A stretch of DNA of 63,409 nucleotides, the filler included, from Salisapilia sapeloensis CBS 127946 (Eukaryota; Protista; Oomycota), in NCBI GenBank assembly GCA_023334545.1. It is 11 parts of 11 records of this genome, joined end to end, with 100 filler letters (N's around TTAATTAATTAA, not from the genome) between each part and the next. Parts side by side here need not be neighbours in the genome. Positions count along the whole stretch, not along the records: positions 44,517 to 46,608 come from JAADVB010000962.1; positions 46,709 to 48,221 come from JAADVB010001117.1; positions 48,322 to 49,574 come from JAADVB010001232.1; positions 49,675 to 51,424 come from JAADVB010001056.1; positions 51,525 to 55,036 come from JAADVB010000744.1; positions 55,137 to 59,013 come from JAADVB010000713.1; 5 more parts are not named here. One strand, given 5' to 3'. Shown piece after piece: positions 46,387 through 58,989 of the stretch. How positions within the stretch are numbered: the stretch's first letter is position 1; every line of letters begins with the position of its first letter. Under the pieces are notes generated by a model that was not told the origin of the DNA, made no database searches, and saw only the letters and a list, made by a program, of their open reading frames with translations. The translations under genes and the position numbers were made by a program.

Positions 46387-46608
46387 TTATTTTGCTTGGT
46401 CCTTGGCAACCTGGATCGACAGAGCACTTAATGCTATTACCGTACAGAGAACAAGACCAATCTTTATCATAAACATCTTTCCTCCCATCGGTTCCATATC
46501 CGAATCGCCCTTCCCGCCCTCCTCCGCGCCCGTCCCATGGTCATAGTGCAACGGAATGAAATCGATGCGACGGAAACCTTGCGTGTTCCGAAGATGCTCG
46601 TTCTCCAA
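46387..46608 (-). CDS. 3' end of an SPX-EXS gene lying upstream of the 5' part above
   Basis: LENEHLRNTQGFRRIDFIPL matches the ENEHL.N...FR C-terminal EXS motif. Confidence 0.75.
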   Translation of the reverse strand: MENEHLRNTQGFRRIDFIPLHYDHGTGAEEGGKGDSDMEPMGGKMFMIKIGLVLCTVIALSALSIQVAKDQAK

Positions 46609-46708
46609 NNNNNNNNNNNNNNNNNNNNNNNNNNNNNNNNNNNNNNNNNNNNTTAATTAATTAANNNNNNNNNNNNNNNNNNNNNNNNNNNNNNNNNNNN
46701 NNNNNNNN

Positions 46709-46849
46709 AGCATCTTGAAGTTGCCGAGTGACTTGGAACATGTTATTTCTGAATGGACGCCGGCGGTCGTTCGATCTGAGCGCGATCTCTGACATCTTAT
46801 TCATCTACTTTCAGTGTCTCTTATTCGTCTCAACGACTAACTTGCACTT
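46709..46849 (+). repeat. 141-bp terminal inverted repeat, left (contains a probable gene 3' end ILKLPSDLEHVISEWTPAVVRSERDL*)
   Basis: Exact reverse complement of 48081-48221. Confidence 0.95.
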
Positions 46850-48080
46850 CCGAGTAGTGTAATTTGGTACTTTGAATCAACCTATTTACATCTATTTGTA
46901 GCTCGATCGCTGGCGCTTCAAAGCACTGTTCTACAGTATGAAATCGTAGAGTACTACCGCTTCTGAAGCCAGCTTGGACTATAAAGTGGGGAAGTTAGAA
47001 AGCGAGATGCTAGACAGGCCTTTGTCTGAGTATGAGTGTCTGCTGAGTTACACAGTGATAAGCAGAGAGAGAGCGTATATACTGCAAACGTCCGCTTCTT
47101 CAAGCGATAAACCAATACAAATATCTATATGGGATTTGTTTACTATCGTATCAATACTTCAGTAGCCCTGGTCATCAGATACTTGTCCTGCCCGCTGGCG
47201 AATTACATCCGTATAGGGAAACTAGGGAGCGTTTATATCAGAGAGCGCTCATTACAAAGCAAGGATGTACATTACCTAGACCAGAGCAGGATGAGGGCTT
47301 TCATGATCACATGATCAGCCACGGCTTTGGTACTATCTAACAACTGAGGATTAACAAGTGGTTGACCACATCTTTAGACTAGTGATTTGCAATAATAGCT
47401 TCGGTAGATAAAGCTTTTTGAATGGTGGCAATTTATATCTAGTAGGCCAATGCTACAAAAGCAAAGCAACATGTCTATACCTTACTTTATAACGATAAGA
47501 ATTTAGTCTGTTGTTGACGTCGTAGCGATGTAGATATCTATCGAGCCTCTGGATTCATGTGGTTCGTGACTAGGTCTCACATAGCGCTTCAATACCTCGA
47601 TATGACGTAGTGAAGGTAGAAAATAGATAGTGTAACAGTAATTCGTACTGCTCAACGGATATTGAATACTATCGGTATTATTCTTTTGCGCTCATCATTT
47701 ATGTGGGCTCCAGTCATGGTTGGGTGATGGTAGCGCTTACTATTTAGCATTTTGTTTCAAATTGAAGCCAGTGGTCTACTTGGTGAAATAGCAATCTGAT
47801 AAAAGCAATCTTTTGCTTCTTATTTAAGTTTGTAGAGAAGAAATTTCGACTAATAATATCAAGGGATTCTCATGGTTTGCTAGAATCCATTGATGGCTTC
47901 AGTGGTGTATGCGGATAGGCTTTTATGGAAGGCAAAACAATGTCTAACTTTAGCAAGCGAGAAACGAACCGACTCGGCGAGGCTTAGCATGCTATTTTTA
48001 ATCTTTCAAGGTCAAACATCTATACAAACGCTACGGCGAACACTTACCGAATCACCTAGAGGTGCAAACTTCCCACAAAA

Positions 48081-48221
48081 AAGTGCAAGTTAGTCGTTGA
48101 GACGAATAAGAGACACTGAAAGTAGATGAATAAGATGTCAGAGATCGCGCTCAGATCGAACGACCGCCGGCGTCCATTCAGAAATAACATGTTCCAAGTC
48201 ACTCGGCAACTTCAAGATGCT
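48081..48221 (-). repeat. 141-bp terminal inverted repeat, right
   Basis: Exact reverse complement of 46709-46849. Confidence 0.95.
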
Positions 48222-48561
48222 NNNNNNNNNNNNNNNNNNNNNNNNNNNNNNNNNNNNNNNNNNNNTTAATTAATTAANNNNNNNNNNNNNNNNNNNNNNN
48301 NNNNNNNNNNNNNNNNNNNNNATGGACAAGGTGACGCAGTGGACGAGCGGCAGCAAGGCGGAGGACAACCAGAAGGAGCACGCCACGGAGAGCCACTAAG
48401 CTGTCACTGACACAAAGTTCGTCCTGGTGAATCCGAGGTATATATGAAACCAGAACAAGTTGGCACATGGTTATGAAGAGTTTATTGCTACGACTTACAT
48501 CTCTCAATTTGTTCTTATATTGAAAGGATACGCGATTGTTTAATATTAAAGCAGGATGATG

Positions 48562-48912
48562 TTAAGCTTCAGCTCGGTTTGTCAAACTAGTAGCACTGTG
48601 GCGTGACACCCAACCTGTAGTATCCTCGTGCAGATTGTTCCAGTCAGACATTCGAGGTGTTGTTGAAGCACTGCGCCGATGAAAGGAGGCCTTCATTTTG
48701 GCACCAACAGCTTCCGCTTTCTCTTTCATTTTCTCCGTTGCTGAAAGAGTGTGATCTGGAGCATTACTTTCATACGGACACTTGTATTTTTCAGTCGTTG
48801 CGGTATCTCCTTTCGCTGCATGTGCCTTTGCTTTGATTCGTTCGCCGAGCTGTTTACCTCTGCAACGTTCTCGGACAGAAGGTACGGAAGGATGCATAGT
48901 GCTCGACGTCAT
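48562..48912 (-). CDS. Small hydrophilic Lys/Ala-rich hypothetical protein
   Basis: Open frame from MTSSTMHPSV with KAKAHAAK and KMKEKAEAVGAKMKAS; no family recognised. Confidence 0.35.
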   Translation of the reverse strand: MTSSTMHPSVPSVRERCRGKQLGERIKAKAHAAKGDTATTEKYKCPYESNAPDHTLSATEKMKEKAEAVGAKMKASFHRRSASTTPRMSDWNNLHEDTTGWVSRHSATSLTNRAEA

Positions 48913-49674
48913 TGCTCTTGGTAGTCTTGGTATATGGGATGCAAATAGGATTGTGAACTCTTCATGAATTCCTATGGATGCTTGTCGAACGTCGATGGAT
49001 AATTGTCTACCTGCTACCCCCTCTCTCATCTGATTTTGTCCAGTAAGTCATGTTTTTATCTTACCATGCAGAATATGCTCGAATGATCTCTACTTTCATC
49101 CCTCCAACAAGCAACATCTCATGCGAGTTGTTTCTATTTTAGGATTTCTCGTGCTGCGTCGCACCAACACTCTCGAACATGACTCCTTGACCTCAATGCG
49201 ACAGTAGCGTAGGCAAACACGCAGTAAGAGAGCCATATCTAGAAACTCGATGACTCACAGCACGAAGCTACTATCACAGAGGACTACAATAGATACATGT
49301 ATGCCCGATACGTTCCTCGGCTTTCGAATAACGTCAACGTGGCATACTTGTACGTAGTAGTATCTTCTGCAGCTCTTACCACCAATGTTGGATTCCTCGA
49401 CAAAAGAACCAAATACTTCACGCGAGATGGATAATGCAAAGATAATCTGTCTTATTTATAACTCATTCAATACTACGTCCTTCATGCCTCTTCCTCTTTG
49501 AGCCTCCGGGCGGGAGGACTGATGCTCCGACGACGGTTCTCATCTACGTCTTCTTCATGTCGGAAGCGGTACCANNNNNNNNNNNNNNNNNNNNNNNNNN
49601 NNNNNNNNNNNNNNNNNNTTAATTAATTAANNNNNNNNNNNNNNNNNNNNNNNNNNNNNNNNNNNNNNNNNNNN

Positions 49675-49912
49675 GCAGTCATCCTTCTTTGACTCTGGGA
49701 GGGAGAAGCCTTCGTATCCGTCTGCCGTCCACTGCGTCGTCATGACTCCGAAGTTGGTGCCAGAGAGCTAATTTGATAATGCCATAAACTCGTCGTGTCA
49801 ACTAAATGTAAACGGAGACGGTACGACAGGAATCAATGCTGACGTGCTTAGCATACCACCCTCTTTGTCATGTGCGATTTGCGCTTAGCTTGATGAAGGT
49901 ACCTTAGACAGA
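49675..49912 (-). repeat. 238-bp terminal inverted repeat, left (upstream region plus first 23 codons of an outward-facing ORF)
   Basis: Reverse complement of 51187-51424 with two mismatches (49816, 49838); the first 141 bp are exact. Confidence 0.95.
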
Positions 49913-51186
49913 AAAGCTAGCGGTCTGATTGAACGTTCGAAGGATAACAACGACCTTATATAAGCGCTGTCGGGTAGCCCATCGATACGATTTTAATAAG
50001 GGTATTGGTAAGCTGCGGGGAAGGTAAAATATTGACTGCGAAAGTTGATGATCCGAGATGACGAGCACACGATTTACATCGTGCTGGTCGCGTTGTGATC
50101 TTGAGCTCTACATCAGCCACTGTCTTTGTAACCTGCGAGGGAAATGAAGGAAGCACAAGTGACAAAAAAGGAGTAGAATTTTTGTGAAAAACAGTACCGC
50201 AGTTGAGCTCTTTGGAATCCGGGTCGGGATCCCCCCGATTTCGTGGTAAAAGATTCTCTTCATGTGGATTGTTCTTATCGACTGAAAATAGGAGTACATA
50301 GTGTTTCCTTTCATTAAAATACCCATAATGCAGCCTTTTCGGACTCATCGGAAGCCTAAAGCTACAATATAGATTACTTGTAAAATTAAACTCTTTGCCA
50401 CAAAAAGTAACCTAAAGCCGGGGCTCTTAAAACACATATATTACATTGATTTGAGATTGTGTCTACTGACAGTGCATCAGAAAGCAGCATGAAGATTGGA
50501 GCTAGGTAATCTTCAACCACAGGCCGAAAAATGCCAATGGAATCAACACCCTACAACACGATGTTCAATATGCTTGTAGCTTGGGTACACAAACGACAGG
50601 ATTGGCTATTTATCGTAGTGGAAGCAACTTGCTCTTCCTCCCTAGACATTTAACTTGTCTTTAAGCTGCGCTCGTGCTCCATTAAAATGTGCACGAGCAG
50701 AATAAAATGCGCTGTTGTGACGTTTGATTAAGTGCCTTTGCAACCTCCATGACCATAGGGCAAACCATCTCCCGTTTTTGCTGCTGAAAAGTGGAGCCTT
50801 TGCGCTTGGAAAGCTTATGTCAGTTGTTACTATCAATACTGCTCACTACTCCAGGTTTGCTATTTATACGCCATTACGGCCTTAGCACCATGTAAGTTAA
50901 TCGTTATTCGAACAGTCTGAAAGCATTCCACTCGTTTTGAGGTGATAAAGTAGAATGAGCCTCTTTTCTGTTCTTTTAAAGGTTACTAAGACACATACAA
51001 ATAAAAGCAGCAGAGCATCGAGTGAGCAGTACAGTAGGATGTTGCTTCCTCAGCATTTGGAATTATACTTTCAGCATTCCATTCCAATTTCCCTGCATTC
51101 ACTTATACCACTAACGAAGAAGCTCTTCAAGGACATCTCGACTGCAATTGTTTTCCAACCGCTCAAAAGCTTGGCTATACTTCGGA

Positions 51187-51424
51187 TCTGTCTAAGGTAC
51201 CTTCATCAAGCTAAGCGCAAATCGCACATGACAAAGAGGGTGGTATGCTAAGCACGTCAGTATTGATTCCTGTCGTACCGTCCCCGTTTACATTTAGTTG
51301 ACACGACGAGTTTATGGCATTATCAAATTAGCTCTCTGGCACCAACTTCGGAGTCATGACGACGCAGTGGACGGCAGACGGATACGAAGGCTTCTCCCTC
51401 CCAGAGTCAAAGAAGGATGACTGC
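51187..51424 (+). repeat. 238-bp terminal inverted repeat, right; ORF MTTQWTADGYEGFSLPESKKDDC starts at 51356
   Basis: Matches 49675-49912. Confidence 0.95.
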
Positions 51425-51524
51425 NNNNNNNNNNNNNNNNNNNNNNNNNNNNNNNNNNNNNNNNNNNNTTAATTAATTAANNNNNNNNNNNNNNNNNNNN
51501 NNNNNNNNNNNNNNNNNNNNNNNN

Positions 51525-52277
51525 CGGCACATAGGAGACAAAGCGAGGCAGCTTGTGCCGAATATTGCCGTGCTGGAGTCCGTTGTACGACACGTTTCCA
51601 GTCATGTTGGTCGACTTGTCCATCGGGAAGCGGCCACTGAGGACTTTCAAAAGCGCAGACTTGCCAGATCCACCAGGTCCGATGACGAGCGTCATGGTCC
51701 CCGGACGGAAGGAGCCCGTCACATCCTTGAGAATGTGCTTTCGGACTTTGTGTTTCTTTGAAAACATTGAGCTGACGCTCTTTACCACAGTATTTGTAAG
51801 CGTGGGCAGCTCTCCAGCGCTACTTTTTCCATTTGCCGATCCTTCTTGCTCCTCCAGCTCGTGAGCAATGGCGATGTCTGCTGTCAAACAGAGTTTTTCA
51901 AAGCGCACTTCGACACTCGGAAATGGCTTCCCCATTGCAGTTTCTAGCTTGGCCGCAACATCACGGTGCAATGCGCTCGATCCTGAGCGCATCATGGCTT
52001 GAGCTGTAGAGTACTCGTGGAATTTGACGCCAGTCTTCACTTTGGTAACTTGGGCGTCAGAAGCCTCGCCATAACTGATACCAACGCTCGGTGCGTCATC
52101 AACATAAGCGCAGGTCTCCTTGGACGATTGAATGTAGTCATGCTTTAAGCTATCCTCCAGTCGATTACCACTCTTGATATCGGAAGCGACCTGATAATCA
52201 GATACATCTTCCTTGGTCTCTTCCGGTGACTGGATAGCGACGTAGTTTGATGAAGCCCTGGGTGAAAGTTCTGCCAT
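51525..52277 (-). CDS. ABC transporter G (PDR-type), 5' part, truncated by the contig end
   Basis: VEVRFEKL, ELPTLTN, ILKDVTGSFRPGTMTLVIGPGGSGKSALLKVLSGRF (Walker A), GNVSYNG, FVSYV. Confidence 0.93.
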
Positions 52278-52697
52278 TTTCACGCTCCTTTTGACCCTTG
52301 AATAAGCCTTCGTGAGATGAAGACAAGTTGGAGACTGGGCTATCTTCCATCTATCTAAAAGCCAATACACATGATCTGAGTACCAGAACTAATCACGTTT
52401 ACGGATATACAAAAGCTAGGTCAAACCAACAGATGAGATGTGCTCGATGATGTGAGCTCTTCGAAAGCTACAGCCTTGCCTTCTGTTGCAGAAAGATTCT
52501 GATACGAGGATACACTCATAAGCTTTAGTACACATCATACAAAGCGTTGGTTTATTCTTTTCTACGGAATATAAATGCAAGGATTCAAGTAGGTGCATAC
52601 GCTCTATCTTTATTTTCAAGGAAGCTGTCGCAAATGTATGGCGCGCCAAGGCGGATTGGTAGAGGATACCCAGTACTCAAGAGTAGGTGGGTTAGTA

Positions 52698-53836
52698 TCA
52701 TGCGTTCGAGTGTCGCCTCGTTTCATCCATCAGGGAAAACTTGTGCGATGCGAAGGAGACGGAGTATCCGACGAGTGTCAAGATACAACCTAGCTGACCA
52801 GCAGCACGCATCTGGGGATTCGTCTTGTTGTCCTCTATACACCACTTAAATATCTCATCAATAAAGTCGTAGTTGCAAACGTACCATAAGCCCAGAGTTT
52901 TGTATGCGTCGAATTAAGAACGACCGTATCGTTACAATATTCGTCTCCGAGATCCTTATCCAGACACTCGTCAATCGATAGACGAGGTGTGTCTGGAGCG
53001 AATGCGAGACCGACAGGAATGTAAAGTATGAATGCAACTATAAAGAGAGCAGCAAAGACGAGCTGGATGCACAGCGTACGCCGGAAGCTATTGTGTTTTT
53101 CCACACCAGAGTCACCACCAAGTGGCGTTACCGCCGATCCTGTCGTCATCACCGCCCGCATCAACTTGTAGCTCACAATAGTCTGCACGCTTATCATTAG
53201 CGTTTTAAATAATAGACGAATGGACATCAAGTACGTTTATGATGACTGCAATGGTCTGTAGAATGAAGAAGGCGTAGGCAGAGTTTGCGTGGAGACTTGG
53301 GTACTCTGTTGTGCTAAAGATGGACTAGAAATACATACACGTTTAGTGCTAACTACTGTAGCGAAAGTGGTAGTAGTTTATACGAGAAGGGGGAGACCGA
53401 TGACCGAGACGACACCGCAGACCATGACTAGCAAGGCTACTCGCTTCAGTCGAGGAGATACAGCGGCACTTGTGATTGGATTTTGAAGCACAGAAGATTG
53501 GAACTGGTAGTTGATGACGTAGGTCCAAGCAATGAGTACAGCTGAGATCGTTAATCCGACACAGAATATGTAGTACCCGGGTTTATCTAGCAACTTCCTC
53601 CATTAATATCTCTATCTACATACTACATGATCGAAGGGCTCACCTCTGCCCATATCGGAAAAGAATGGCCAGTCGAGACCACCGACGTAAATGTCTCGTG
53701 TCTTAACGAGGATGAAGCAAATGACAAGTGTCAGGACGACCATGCCAGAGGCGCTAATTGGTACGAGCACACGCAGCTTGTGGGACGAAGCAGGGCTCCT
53801 GTCATTTTCCCAATGAGCCTCCTGTGGGGATGCCAT
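52698..53836 (-). CDS. Frag1/DRAM/Sfk1 (TMEM150-like) membrane protein, about 5 exons
   Basis: Spliced WPFFSDMGR|DKPGYYIFCVGLT...LPLL|SIFSTTEYPSLHANSAYAFF...RAAGQLGCILTLVGYSVSF. Confidence 0.8.
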
Positions 53837-54318
53837 GACCCTGGCGTAAGTCGGCAAATGCTTTTGAACTTGGAATCGGGCTATTGTGGACTTAAGTGGT
53901 AACGACGACCGATGCGTCGTCGATCGTTTCGCCGATGTAGTCAGACTCGGAGTGGCGATTTAAAGCTATTCAACTAATCTGCGTCTCACTTTGAAGCTGT
54001 CAACTGATGTGCACAGGTATTCGATACACGATGAGAGTTGTACATTCGTTTTGTCCGAGCAATGCAAAACTCGATGCGTTAGGATAAACTGTCAATCTTT
54101 GCTATGTCGATGTCAATGCGACTGCATCTAGCGACTGACAAGCCATGGCCGTTTCATTATCAGTGCCCCTAGTGTCTCGAATGAGAAATCAGGAACGGTA
54201 GGATGAAAGATGAAAAGATGTGTTTGCGGTCATAAGGTGTTGAAGTTAAAGAGGAATATGCAAAGTGTCTTTAGAACTATATTAATCATGGATTTGTCTT
54301 CAATTGGGTGTCTTCAGG

Positions 54319-54597
54319 CTAAAGCTTAGTGCTCCAATACTTTCCCATAGCGAGTGCGTACGCACCGTCATCTGAATCGGAGCACTGGTCTCTGGCCTCT
54401 GCTTTCAAGTAGTTTGGCAGCATATCAGGACGACTTTCGCCTCCGAGTCGCGTATTTTCGTAGATCGAGAGATGAGATTTGGCAAGCTCGAGAAGCATCG
54501 AGTCGAGCTGCGCACGAGCAGCTTCGGGGCTCATGGGCTTGTGCCGAATCGGCGTGTCCGAGTGCTTGAAGTTAAACGTGCTCTGTACTTCGGCCAT
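54319..54597 (-). CDS. Small hypothetical protein
   Basis: GC-rich open frame MAEVQSTFNFKH... in AT-richer surroundings; no motif recognised. Confidence 0.4.
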   Translation of the reverse strand: MAEVQSTFNFKHSDTPIRHKPMSPEAARAQLDSMLLELAKSHLSIYENTRLGGESRPDMLPNYLKAEARDQCSDSDDGAYALAMGKYWSTKL

Positions 54598-55136
54598 GGC
54601 TGCTATGTGAATGAGGTGGAGATCGGTCTTGAGTGTTGCTGGGTAGATTCGTGAATGAGCAGACGTCGAGCACAAATCTTAATGTTGTAGTTTCTTTGCA
54701 TCCTCTATTTTTAGATCGTATCAGCGTTGGATATAATCTTGAAGGAGTATCAGTTTGTTGAGTATTTTTAACCTTTATTTGGACGACAAACTGGCTACAA
54801 TACTAAAAATATCGTGTTTGGAAGGACTATATCTTATGCAGGCGCGATGGAAACGCATTGGTGTCAGACCAGAGCGCTTCTTCGAGCCCTAGGACTCGTG
54901 TGGAAAGAATTTTCCATTCTGGAAAGCATTGCTTCCGTTCGATAGGTTATGTGGGAAATCCACTAGCTACCGCAGATGCTGGGCGTGACCTATGTGTCCA
55001 TCAACTTCAAGCAGATTGTTCATGATTGAAGCGGACNNNNNNNNNNNNNNNNNNNNNNNNNNNNNNNNNNNNNNNNNNNNTTAATTAATTAANNNNNNNN
55101 NNNNNNNNNNNNNNNNNNNNNNNNNNNNNNNNNNNN

Positions 55137-55277
55137 ATTTGTCTAGTGAAGGTAGAGGCTTTATTCGTATTCGTCGTCGCTGTCATACCACTCGTCTTCT
55201 TCTTCGTCGTCCCCGTCGAGTCCGCCAAAGTCGAACTGGATCGGAATAGACGTCAAAGCGTAGACTGCGAGAGCGAT
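55137..55277 (-). repeat. 141-bp terminal inverted repeat: truncated inverted copy of the metaxin-like gene 3' end
   Basis: Exact reverse complement of 58873-59013; diverges mid-CDS at codon ATC (IALAVY). Confidence 0.95.
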
Positions 55278-55329
55278 ACAAAGGTCCTGTCCGCGCAGAG
55301 ATCCCACTCGGCATATATAAGAATTCACG

Positions 55330-56345
55330 TTTTGTAGCTATATTTATGGTAGTCGAATCTGGCATTTCCGCATTTGCTAAGAATAGGCGATTTTGCTTTG
55401 CCACTTGCAATTGGAAACTCAATCTAACATTTTGGTCTGCCTTTTATTCCAAACTTGGAATACAAAAGCAAGTGGTCGGTGGTGGCAATGAAGATACGGC
55501 TTCATATTGTTGGTCTAACTTGCCTCTTGAGCTCCGTCCTCTGTTGTAATTGAGGTTTCCGCTGCCATGCTCGCTGTAGCACGAATTTTATGTGCAACCA
55601 ATGGTCTAGTTGTAGCATGTTTTGTGTGAAAGCTGCAGCATATAGATGACGTCACGGAGAGAAATAGGCCCGTATTGGTATACCGTTCGATATCATCTAC
55701 CTTTTCGTGCATTTCAATAAAGACAATTCAAATGACATAATACCGATCGCAGATCGCACGTGCTTGTTCTCATATTGCATATTTTGCCCCGCATGATAGC
55801 TGATTGCCCTCTCAACGAACTTGCTTCTTTTGGTCTATCGTTGTCATCATCTTCAATGCAATCAGGAGGAAGCGATCTTCGAGAAGACTTCCAGTCACGC
55901 CTGGTGCTCGAAATGTGCAAATTTGAAAATGCGCGCGAAACAGTCGCTTCACTTGGTGAGCTCTTCGCTTTACTTGCGCTACCTAGCGCTTCGCTACTAT
56001 TTCGGAACATGCATAGTACCGTGGTAGATGGAATAATTGGGAGACATTTGTGACTCACACTGTATTACGTCCCAGTGAAATGGCGGAGCTCACTGTTGCA
56101 AGTAAATCGGATGACACTTCAATCCGAAGGACCTCCGACGATACACCACGATGAGCTCGATACTGTGACCCGCCAAAACATGACAGAGGAACGGACGATG
56201 CACGTGGATAGCAACGTAAGATTAGGACGACTCGCCTTAGACTTGACAAAGATTGCTGCTACAACTCTTGCGCGTATATTCAGATGATGCCTTTTATTCC
56301 TTGCACACTACCCGGTTATCCGCTCAATGAATGCGGCATAAGCGC
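55330..56345. repeat. Degenerate dispersed repeat, copy B
   Basis: Homologous to 29810-30520, with a few hundred extra internal bases. Confidence 0.8.
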
Positions 56346-57534
56346 TTACAATCCAAAAGACATCAATCAGCAATACCGTAGACAAACACCAGGAGAGGAT
56401 AAACAAAATGAGACTGACAAGATTTCGTGTGCTCTACAGCTTTAAAGATGCGAGGCTATATCAAATGCGTATTTTTCTCTCCCTGGAGGCTGCTCTTTCA
56501 ATTATCATAGCTAAGTGTTAACGCAAGCAACGAACAGAAAATTATACCTCGGGGCAGTAGTCACCAGCATACACAAATCTGCCAGTATTACTAGTGGAAC
56601 GATGATCGTCTATGAAAGCATCTACGAACATGTCAAATAAAACGATAAAGATTATAGCTAAATGGTAAGCTTAAAAACCAATTGACAAGTTGGAAAAACA
56701 ATTATTGTTTCTTTGCTAACTTTCTTGTTCAAAAGGTTTTACAGACGTCGTGGGCAAAGAATCTGTGTGCATACTTCTAGCTGAGCTTAGTACTCTAGGC
56801 CAACGCGTAAAAATGAAATAAATAACTGGAATACTTATATGGTATTTATTCGTGATTTATGTATCTTTTTGGTATCATTGTCTTAAGATCAGGCCACCGC
56901 TTTACTTCCACACTCTTGCTGCTATAAGCACGACGCATGCAGCATTTTGCAACAAATGAACGAAACATATTTGAAAACTGACAACTATTCTGGATCTGTA
57001 TGGCCTAGGCTAAGAGTCGATATTTCGAATTTTTATTGCGTTAGCTCGGCCAGTGCATTACACTCGACTATCCTGTATCCTTCGTTCTATGCAGGTACAC
57101 CCATACAATCGACTCCAACTGATGTAAGTTTCCTAAGCACTATACAAGCAGCATGCGCATTAAGTCGAAAGAAGCATTCATCGATTGCTAACATGGAACT
57201 AATTTAGTACCATACATGTAGTGATCCACCCCGGTATGATATATGACAAACGTTTAGCTTACGCGGTCAAACGAAACCGACAATGTTAGTAGAGCATGCT
57301 TAAAAGTTAGAATAAGAAGTTTTAGAAACTCAATTCAAAACTTTTCCCGCCCGTCAGATACTTTCTTAGTTACTCCAATAGCACGCGTGCACTCGTCTAG
57401 ATCATTCCAGATGTATGCAATGGAGCAAAGACACTTACTTTTAAACAAACTACATCCTTGTATCGTCCTAGTGACGTGCCTCGCGGATACTTGACCGTTG
57501 TTCCAAGTTTCCATCCGCCCTAGACAAGATTTGA

Positions 57535-58989
57535 TTGGTCGAAAATATCACGAGCAAATACACGAACGCAAAACTTGGCTCATCAGCACTACTCGCAGGC
57601 ACCTCTACATCCGTCATGTTCGCCGACGACCGCTTCGGACCGATGCTCCCAAATGGAGACAAGCTCAACGAAGAGCTGGCAGCTGCAACCGAGCTCGATC
57701 AGACGCCACGCACAGCTAAGGACCTCCAATCTAGACTTGTGCTCCACCAGTTCTTCCCAGCGTGGGACGTCCAAGCCTATTTGCGCGTCACTGGGCTCGA
57801 GCTCCACGTCAATAACTCCAAATACCCCATCCATGAAGCCACTGGTACCTTCCACATAAATATATAGCTGCCAATAGACTGCATGCTGATGTGAGGAGCT
57901 GATAGGCGAGCTGCCACAGCTCAGCGATGGCAATTTCCTCGTGCCTCATGAAAGCATCATCACGCACCTCCAGACCGTATGCTATATATCACCATTCATT
58001 ATCTAATAGCAGTATAACGAACGCATTGATGGGATAGTTCCATGAAGATATTGATGAGTCATTGACGGATACGCAGCGCAGCGAGTCGTACGCTTACCGC
58101 ACCATGGTCAACGACCAGCTCCGTCGCGTCATGGTACATATCTCATCATACCCACTCCGTACTCTCCACTAATGTATCGTTAGCTCTATTGCCGATGGGT
58201 CGACTCAGTCACGTATCGCGAGGTGACTCGACCTCAGACGAAGAAAGTCGTGCCGTTCCCTCTCAACCAGTTCCTCCCAAAGAAGGTTCACAACGATACA
58301 CGCAAAGCTTTAGATCAATACGGCTTCGACTCGAAAGAAAAAGTAGATTGCCTACCTATCTGTCCGATTCTTTCACTTATCCTCTATGCTAGGTCTACCT
58401 CGCAGCTCGTGATTGCTACACAGCTCTGAATGCCAAGCTCGAGAGCTCCTCTGGTCCCTTCTTCTTTGGTGGCGAGCCGACTGCTCTCGACGTCGTCGTC
58501 TTTGGCCATGTCGCCGACGCCATGGGCCACAACAATCTAGGCCAGACGCTTCAACAGCATGGTCCGGCACTCGTGACCATGGCCGAGTTCATCCGAGACG
58601 AGTGGTTCGGAGCGAGTGGCGAACCGCAGAGTCTGTCCTTGGAGACGCAGAAGATGTACAGCGAGAACCAGATCAATTTCTTCCAGTCGCAGGAGAACAG
58701 CTTCATGTCCAAAATACCTCCAGCCATCCGGAAGCAGTTCCTGCAGCCGTACCGAAGTCTCGACTACACCAGAAGAGAGCTGACTAAGGTCGAAATGGAA
58801 AAGCGGCAAGCTCAACCAGAGGAACCCAGCGGCTTTGACAAGGGAACAAGAAATGCTGTCGTTGGAGCTGTCATCGCTCTCGCAGTCTACGCTTTGACGT
58901 CTATTCCGATCCAGTTCGACTTTGGCGGACTCGACGGGGACGACGAAGAAGAAGACGAGTGGTATGACAGCGACGACGAATACGAATAA
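57535..58989 (+). CDS. Metaxin / Sam37-like GST-fold protein with C-terminal membrane anchor, multi-exon (5' end uncertain)
   Basis: Spliced ...YPIHEATG|ELPQLSDGNFL...|LYCRWVD...PFPLNQFLP...|YTALNAKL...FFFGGEPTALDVVVFGHV..., then a TM helix and acidic tail. Confidence 0.8.
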
